Origin: a virus
Taxonomy: Duplodnaviria; Caudoviricetes
Strand: one strand, 5' to 3'
DNA: 30,110 nucleotides
Virus record (IMG/VR): IMGVR_UViG_3300037851_000239
Coordinates: 1 to 30,110 of that record
Both the position numbers and the translations under genes were made by a program. Each line of letters begins with the position of its first letter. Positions within the stretch are counted from its first letter, which is position 1. The notes under the pieces were generated by a model that saw only the letters and a program-made list of their open reading frames with translations, was not told the DNA's origin and searched no databases. Of the stretch, positions 24,422 through 30,110 are shown in pieces.

Positions 24422-24694
24422 ATGAGCAAACACAGAACGTCGATCACAATAACATTGGCGGAAAATGGTTGGATCGTCCAGGTTGGATGTCTTATGCTAG
24501 TTTTCTCGGATTGGTCGGAAATTAACAAGGAGTTCCTCCGTTGGACTCAGAATCCTGACGATGTGGAGAAGGAGTATCTCGAAAAGTATAGACCACTTCA
24601 AGCTCGAATCGGGTCTCCAATAATCGACAAATCGGATAGAGATCTCATGAGCGTAGTTCGTAATCCTATCAACTATTCACAAGAGATGACCTAA
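24422..24694 (+). CDS. hypothetical protein
   Basis: 90 aa, AGGAGGT RBS; ITITLAENGWIVQVGC. Confidence 0.8.
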   Translation: MSKHRTSITITLAENGWIVQVGCLMLVFSDWSEINKEFLRWTQNPDDVEKEYLEKYRPLQARIGSPIIDKSDRDLMSVVRNPINYSQEMT

Positions 24695-25543
24695 ATGTAC
24701 GAAGAACTCGTTATCTATCACAAGAACTGTTTCGATGGAATGACTGCGGCCTACGTCGTCCGTCGATACTTCGCTCTACACACCCTGCCAATGCCGGAGT
24801 GTATCGGAGCCAACTACGGTGACGCGCCTCCCGACGTAAAGGGCAAGCGTGTCACGATCGTGGACTTCTCTTGGCCTAGAGAGATCCTGCAGAAGATGGC
24901 TCGAGATGCAGAGTCCATGCTCGTCCTGGATCACCATGAGACTGCGCAGAATGATCTCGTGGGACTCCCCTATACCGTCTTCGATATGGAACGTTCGGGT
25001 GCTGGAATTACCTGGGACTGGTTCTTCACTGGACAGCCTCGTCACTGGCTGGTCAACTGCGTAGAGGATCGAGATCTCTGGAGATTCAATCTCCCAGATA
25101 CTCGTGCACAGATGAATTACATCTCTACGGTTCTGATGAACTGGAACTCGTGGGAGGATCTCTGGATCTCCAATCCGAAGGAGGTCGCGGAAAAGGGGAG
25201 TTACATCGGAGCCTACATCGAGAACTATGGAAGGAAGGCCGGAGAGAATGCAGTCATGATTGAGTTGGGAGGATATACTTTTCCCCTCATCAACATCGCC
25301 TATATGAACTGCTCCGACCACCTTGATGCCCTCATCAAGCGTTCCGTCTTCGATCGAGCGGCTTCTTTCTTCATGCGCGCGGATCTCAAGTGGCAATTCT
25401 CCCTGAGGTCAGGGAAGAGCGATATTAACGTCGCGAAGATCGCACAAGAGTATGGCGGAGGAGGACACGCTCACGCCGCTGGATTCCAGATGGACTGGGA
25501 GGCATTCGTTCAGCTCATGAGAGGGGTTAAGGAGACTCGATGA
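24695..25543 (+). CDS. DHH/DHHA1 phosphoesterase (NrnB-like)
   Basis: YH..C.DG, IVDFS, LDHH, EDRDLW, SLRS, GGGGH..AAG. Confidence 0.9.
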   Translation: MYEELVIYHKNCFDGMTAAYVVRRYFALHTLPMPECIGANYGDAPPDVKGKRVTIVDFSWPREILQKMARDAESMLVLDHHETAQNDLVGLPYTVFDMERSGAGITWDWFFTGQPRHWLVNCVEDRDLWRFNLPDTRAQMNYISTVLMNWNSWEDLWISNPKEVAEKGSYIGAYIENYGRKAGENAVMIELGGYTFPLINIAYMNCSDHLDALIKRSVFDRAASFFMRADLKWQFSLRSGKSDINVAKIAQEYGGGGHAHAAGFQMDWEAFVQLMRGVKETR

Positions 25544-26847
25544 AAGCATTAGAGACAGTACACATACCTGCACAACTCCTCGTCTGCGATGAAGTCGAGG
25601 ATACGGAGTTTATCAAAGAATTAGCAGAGTCCATCAAGACGAAAGGATTGTTCAACCCAATTACTGTTCAGGCTCTGAACGGGCCCGATGGACCTCGCTT
25701 CATCGTAAAGGCCGGAAAGAAGAGACTCAAGGCGTGCGTCTCCCTCGGCATCGGAGAGATCCCTTGCCGAGTTGTTGAGGGAGATGAGGTGTCCATGAAG
25801 CTCGTTACCATCGAGGAGAATCTTCGTCGAGTCAATCTCCCGTGGTATGAGATATCCGAGCTGGTTTCCGAGTGGCATAGGACGAGACAAGAACAGCACG
25901 GAGTAGCTGAGGCGAAGAAAGGTAAGGCTCAACGCGGCGGCTGGTCCATGCGAGATACAGCTGAGGAATTAAAGATGTCTCTCGGTTTTATCTCAGAGGC
26001 GGTCATGGTCGCGGATGCGGTCAAGCGTGATCCGGCTCTAAAGAATATCTCGGATCGGGATACGGCAGTCCGACTTGTTCGTTCGGCTGCCAAACGTATC
26101 AATGCAGAGCTCGAAGCCTCCGCTCCCGTTGAATTTGACGTGAATCAAGTATACAACGGTCCATCGGCAGAGGTTCTCAAACGATTCGATCGAGCAATCT
26201 TCGACGTCTGCATGACCGATCCACCTTGGCTCAAGTATATCGACGAGAAGTTGACACGAGACGAGGAGACGCTTCCTGTCTTTAAGGAACTCTATCGGGT
26301 CATGAAGCCGCACTCGTTCCTCTATATGTTCGTAGGGTTTGAGGACTTCTACTCCTACGTCCGACGATTGCCCGAATACGGTTTTACTGTCTCAAAGACT
26401 CCACTGTTATGGATTAAGAAGGAGCTTCGGATTCGTGCTATTGGCGAAGAAGCTGCTTCTCCTATTGACAAAGACAGAGCCTACCTCCACGGCATGGTCC
26501 TCTCCAAGGGCGCCCGAAGCTGGGAGTATTCAAGGGACTTCGAGTTGATTCTACTCGCGGTCAAAGGCTCCCCTGCCCTTGTCAAGTCGGTTCAGCAGTC
26601 GTCCATCAAGATCTTCCCACCCCTTGCTCCAGTTAGCTTGATCCATCCGAATGAGAAGCCGGTTGAGCTTATTCGGGATCTTCTCGAGGATTGCTCTCAC
26701 GAGGGCTCCCTCATCATTGATCCATTCGCTGGGAGTGGTGCCCATCTTGAAGCGTGTAAGCGTATGAAGAGACGCTTCATAGGCATCGAGCGGGATCATG
26801 AGTCGTATGAAAAGATCGTAAGGAGACTGAAGGAAGTCAAGCTGTGA
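25540..26847 (+). CDS. ParB N-terminal domain fused to a beta-class N4/N6 DNA methyltransferase
   Basis: ELAESIKTKGLFNPITV..AGKKRLKA..EENLRR plus HTH; then TDPPW, HPNEKP, DPFAGSG, FIGIE. Confidence 0.9.
   Translation: MKALETVHIPAQLLVCDEVEDTEFIKELAESIKTKGLFNPITVQALNGPDGPRFIVKAGKKRLKACVSLGIGEIPCRVVEGDEVSMKLVTIEENLRRVNLPWYEISELVSEWHRTRQEQHGVAEAKKGKAQRGGWSMRDTAEELKMSLGFISEAVMVADAVKRDPALKNISDRDTAVRLVRSAAKRINAELEASAPVEFDVNQVYNGPSAEVLKRFDRAIFDVCMTDPPWLKYIDEKLTRDEETLPVFKELYRVMKPHSFLYMFVGFEDFYSYVRRLPEYGFTVSKTPLLWIKKELRIRAIGEEAASPIDKDRAYLHGMVLSKGARSWEYSRDFELILLAVKGSPALVKSVQQSSIKIFPPLAPVSLIHPNEKPVELIRDLLEDCSHEGSLIIDPFAGSGAHLEACKRMKRRFIGIERDHESYEKIVRRLKEVKL
25666..25680. promoter_or_regulatory. dispersed palindromic site, copy 6
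   Basis: GTTCAGGCTCTGAAC inside the ParB-domain coding sequence. Confidence 0.6.
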
Positions 26848-26953
26848 GCAAGCGTGCAGGATCGAAGTACCAAAACAAGGAAGGGGGCGTGATGTGGCCT
26901 CGGAAGAAAGTGAAGCGCGCAGCGAGCGCGAGCGTACTCAGGAAAATAGATAA

Positions 26954-27295
26954 GTGTCAAATGGCCAGTATCGTGATGCCATACGCCGACTACGCATAGC
27001 TTGGGGTGGTGCTTGCGTGATGTGTGGCAATGATCGTGACGACCGTCTAGAGTTTGCTCACCTTCCAGGTAAGCCGACTAATCTAGATGGTCGTGGTCGC
27101 GGCAAGCCTGAGCGATACTATGACATTAAGCAACACCCGGAGTGTTATGTCTTACTCTGCGTCGAATGCCATACAGAACTCGATGGACGAGGTGGTGAAA
27201 CTCGTCCGCGGGTATTTAATGGTCGATTTACTAGAGTGGGAGATGGTTATGGAGAACGAGACAGAGAGGAAGCAGCTAACCCCCGAGGAGATTAA
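26954..27295 (+). CDS. HNH-like endonuclease
   Basis: CVMC..LEFAH..LLCVECH; the canonical Asn is not evident. Confidence 0.7.
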   Translation: MSNGQYRDAIRRLRIAWGGACVMCGNDRDDRLEFAHLPGKPTNLDGRGRGKPERYYDIKQHPECYVLLCVECHTELDGRGGETRPRVFNGRFTRVGDGYGERDREEAANPRGD

Positions 27296-27647
27296 GCGCG
27301 GACTCGAGAAGCTTATTGGAGCTTTGCCCGAGTACGACCTTGCCGATGATCTTCTTACCGAAGCTGCTCGTCAGGCTGTATCTCCCGAGGTGTGGCTCGA
27401 TACTACACCCGATGGGCGCTTTGAGATCAAACGTGACATTTATAGGGCATTGAAGAAGCTCGGTGAAGTAGAACTCATTGATGACAAGTTAACGAGGGAG
27501 GATCTAGACTCGCTGCAACAATCCATTGAGCATCTCGCCACCGCTGCGCTTGAGCTTCAAAATGGCAAGATTTCAACGGGGGCCTCCGTCGCCCTCATTG
27601 AGATTACCAACGCCATTATACACATCAAGACGGCGATGAAGAAGTGA
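27249..27647 (+). CDS. hypothetical helical protein
   Basis: 132 aa from ATG 27249 (GGGAG RBS); GTGA-coupled to the polymerase gene. Confidence 0.7.
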   Translation: MENETERKQLTPEEIKRGLEKLIGALPEYDLADDLLTEAARQAVSPEVWLDTTPDGRFEIKRDIYRALKKLGEVELIDDKLTREDLDSLQQSIEHLATAALELQNGKISTGASVALIEITNAIIHIKTAMKK

Positions 27648-30110
27648 ACGAAGCTCGATACGTCCCCGGATATGGGTCATCATCCGCTAAGCTGATCGTA
27701 TGCGGTGAAGCACCAGGCAAGCATGAGGAGGAAGAAGGTCGACCCTTCGTAGGACCTACAGGGCAGGAGACGCGCTCTATGCTGCGCCAAGCGGGAGTAG
27801 AGCCATCTCAGTGCTTCTTCATGAACGTCTTTCCATATAGGCCCCCTGGAAATGATATCAAGCTCGCGGCGCAAACAGGACATACAATCGAAGAGTGCAT
27901 CCCCGATATGTGGGAAACCATCAGAGCCATCAAAGAGAATGGAGGAGCGAACTGCATCCTTGCACTCGGAGCACTTGCTCTTAACGCGCTCACGGGTGAG
28001 AATGGTATCAAGAAGTGGCGTGGTTCTATACTGTCATCTCTATACCATAACTCTAAGGTCGTTCCCTCTATACACCCGGCTAACCTTTTCGAGCGGCGAG
28101 GAGAGAAGGGTCTTTTCCCTTACTCAGGGAAGGTCTACATGCAGCTCGACTTTAACCGAGCTGTTGAGGAATCCCAAACCCCAGAGTTAGAACTTCCCCA
28201 TCGCTTTCTTCACACAGCAAAGCGGTCGATTGAACTACTTGATTTCGTTGAACGTAAGACGGCTAAAGGTAGATGGATATTCTCCGTTGACATTGAGGCC
28301 CTACGATGCGTACCAATGATGTGTGGTCTCGCTGCCGACGAGAATGAGGGCATCAGCTTTCCTCTCATCAATCTCACTCAACTTGATTCAAGATTCTATG
28401 TACCAGACTATGAGATTGCCGAGATGTGGAGGATACTCGACAAGCTTTTCCGAGATCCACGTGTCAAGATTCTTGGTCAGAACTTCAAGTATGACCAAGA
28501 GAAGATGGAGTGCGTAGGCTTCCGCTTTCCACATGGGATCTACGCTGATCTTTCCCTCCTCGCCAAGCTAGTCAACCCTGAATTCCCTGCCTCTCTGGAA
28601 TTCATCACGTCCATCTATACTCGTCAGCCATACTACAAGGACGAGTATCGAGATTACAACCCAAAGAAGGATCCACTCTCTCGAGTCTTCAACTACAACG
28701 GGTTGGACGTGACAGTTACCTTCGAGAACTTTCTTCGCCTAAAGGAGAATGCGGAGGAGTTTGGTCTCTGGAGCTTCTTCACCGACTTCATGATGCAACT
28801 CCATCCCATCTACAAGGAGATGGAGGAGCTGGGCATGGAGATTGACTTCGAGGTTCGTGATAAGCTCTTTGCCAAGTATACGGAGCGCCAGCTCCAGTTG
28901 GAAGATGAGCTTTTTACTCTGCTCGGATTTCCTGTCAACGTCAACTCTCCAAAGCAGATGATAATGCTACTTTACCACACGTTGAAGATACCAAGGAGGA
29001 AGGATGCCTCAGAAGATACGCTCGTCCAGCTCCTCGCAAACCGCGTCAAGAACGAAAAGCACAAGAAAATCCTCAACCTCATCATCGACATCCGACGCAT
29101 CAGAAACGCAAAGTCAAAAATATCGTTTCGTCCGGATTACGATGGACGTATGCGGACCAATTTCCGTATCGCAGGAACGGAAGCTGGTCGAACGTCTACA
29201 AGCATTCTTAAGCGACCAGTTCGTGTCCATCAAATGGGTCTATCGGGACACTCTATCACAAAGCATGGGGAATTCGGTGGCGACATTCGTACAATGTTCG
29301 TACCTACGAAGCTCAAGACCGGAGAAAAGCTGATCTTCATGAATGCTGACGAGTCTCAGGCCGAGGCTCGTGTAGTCGCCCTCCTGTCTGAAGATGAAGA
29401 GCTCCTCTCATGGTTCGAGCAGAAGATTGACGTCCACGGTAGAACTGCATCGTTCATATTCGGTGGAGATGAGAAGAACTATTGCAAGACGAAAGAGCAT
29501 CCCGATCCTCCGGAGCGCCATATTGGGAAGATTGGTAGACACGCGTATGGGTACGGAACCTCAGCCAAGAGACTCATGCTCGAATCGAACACTCAGGCGA
29601 GGCGTTTTCACATCGACATTCAGATTAGCGAGTGGAGAGCGAAGCAAATCCTCGCTATCATGGATGAGAAAGCTCCAAAGATCAGTCAGGTCTACTGGCC
29701 CGCAGTTAGGGCTATCGCTCACGGGAATCGTATCATTCGGACAGCCCATGGACGAGTCAGGCAGTTTTTAAACAGACTTAACGATGAGCTCTTCCGAGAG
29801 ATGTACAGTTACATTCCCCAGGCGGACGTATCGGATCACTTGAAGGTATCAATGATCGCCATCAAAAAGCGTTTCAAGCATCATATCCGATACGTTATGG
29901 AAGCACACGATGCCTTCGCTGCTGAGATTCCCGAGACTGCAAAGGATGATGTCGCCGGATATACGAGGGAGGTGATGGAATCACCAATAGACTTTTCTGG
30001 TTGCACAATTTCTAGGGGACTGCTGGTTATTCCTTGTGATATCGAATTCGGAGAGAACTACAAGGATTTCAAGAAGTGGAAAGGACCAGTGCTTGAATTG
30101 GATAGACCAA
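27644..30110 (+). CDS. polA: UDG-domain / 3'-5' exonuclease / family A DNA polymerase fusion (stop beyond the window; absent from ORF track)
   Basis: My translation from GTG 27644 stays open to the window end: UDG GEAPG..GRPFVG..RPPGN..IHPA; Exo VDIE, QNFKYD, YNGLD; Pol NSPKQ, TEAGRTS, motif A DESQAEAR, motif B RHIGKIGRHAYGYG, motif C AHDA. Confidence 0.93.
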   Translation, partial: MNEARYVPGYGSSSAKLIVCGEAPGKHEEEEGRPFVGPTGQETRSMLRQAGVEPSQCFFMNVFPYRPPGNDIKLAAQTGHTIEECIPDMWETIRAIKENGGANCILALGALALNALTGENGIKKWRGSILSSLYHNSKVVPSIHPANLFERRGEKGLFPYSGKVYMQLDFNRAVEESQTPELELPHRFLHTAKRSIELLDFVERKTAKGRWIFSVDIEALRCVPMMCGLAADENEGISFPLINLTQLDSRFYVPDYEIAEMWRILDKLFRDPRVKILGQNFKYDQEKMECVGFRFPHGIYADLSLLAKLVNPEFPASLEFITSIYTRQPYYKDEYRDYNPKKDPLSRVFNYNGLDVTVTFENFLRLKENAEEFGLWSFFTDFMMQLHPIYKEMEELGMEIDFEVRDKLFAKYTERQLQLEDELFTLLGFPVNVNSPKQMIMLLYHTLKIPRRKDASEDTLVQLLANRVKNEKHKKILNLIIDIRRIRNAKSKISFRPDYDGRMRTNFRIAGTEAGRTSTSILKRPVRVHQMGLSGHSITKHGEFGGDIRTMFVPTKLKTGEKLIFMNADESQAEARVVALLSEDEELLSWFEQKIDVHGRTASFIFGGDEKNYCKTKEHPDPPERHIGKIGRHAYGYGTSAKRLMLESNTQARRFHIDIQISEWRAKQILAIMDEKAPKISQVYWPAVRAIAHGNRIIRTAHGRVRQFLNRLNDELFREMYSYIPQADVSDHLKVSMIAIKKRFKHHIRYVMEAHDAFAAEIPETAKDDVAGYTREVMESPIDFSGCTISRGLLVIPCDIEFGENYKDFKKWKGPVLELDRP

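Noticed and set aside
26844-26999. 51-aa ORF MSKRAGSKYQ.. coupled to the MTase stop
   Set aside because: Plausible, but it overlaps the HNH gene by 46 nt and has no supporting motif, so it was not called.

Overview
This window is a 30-kb segment of a tailed dsDNA bacteriophage (Caudoviricetes) with two divergent arms that meet near 12.05 kb. The left arm (minus strand, late genes) reads: putative small terminase, large terminase, a block of membrane proteins and a Cys-rich lipoprotein (possibly lysis, no endolysin seen), a large portal with a zinc-ribbon insert, six head-accessory genes including a 9x16-aa repeat protein, an acidic scaffold and the major capsid protein. The right arm (plus strand, early/replication genes) carries a GIY-YIG-like nuclease, a bilaterally symmetric origin-like region, many small (often Zn-binding) ORFs, an SNF2 helicase, a stand-alone phosphoribosyltransferase-like protein, a Cas4-like exonuclease / AAA_24 ATPase / DUF669-type SSB module, a DHH phosphoesterase, a ParB-methyltransferase fusion, an HNH nuclease and a UDG-family A DNA polymerase fusion that runs off the right edge and is missing from the ORF track. 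I found no integrase, tRNA or CRISPR array. The most unusual signals are: (1) a possible donor-strand complementation system pairing the repeat protein with a truncated jelly-roll protein; (2) a 15-bp palindrome dispersed in six copies; (3) a symmetric iteron/IHF/(TA)6 site; (4) a covarying hairpin next to the RBS, present twice; (5) a glycan-PRTase-like enzyme. All product calls come from motifs read by eye and from gene order; no database searches were run.
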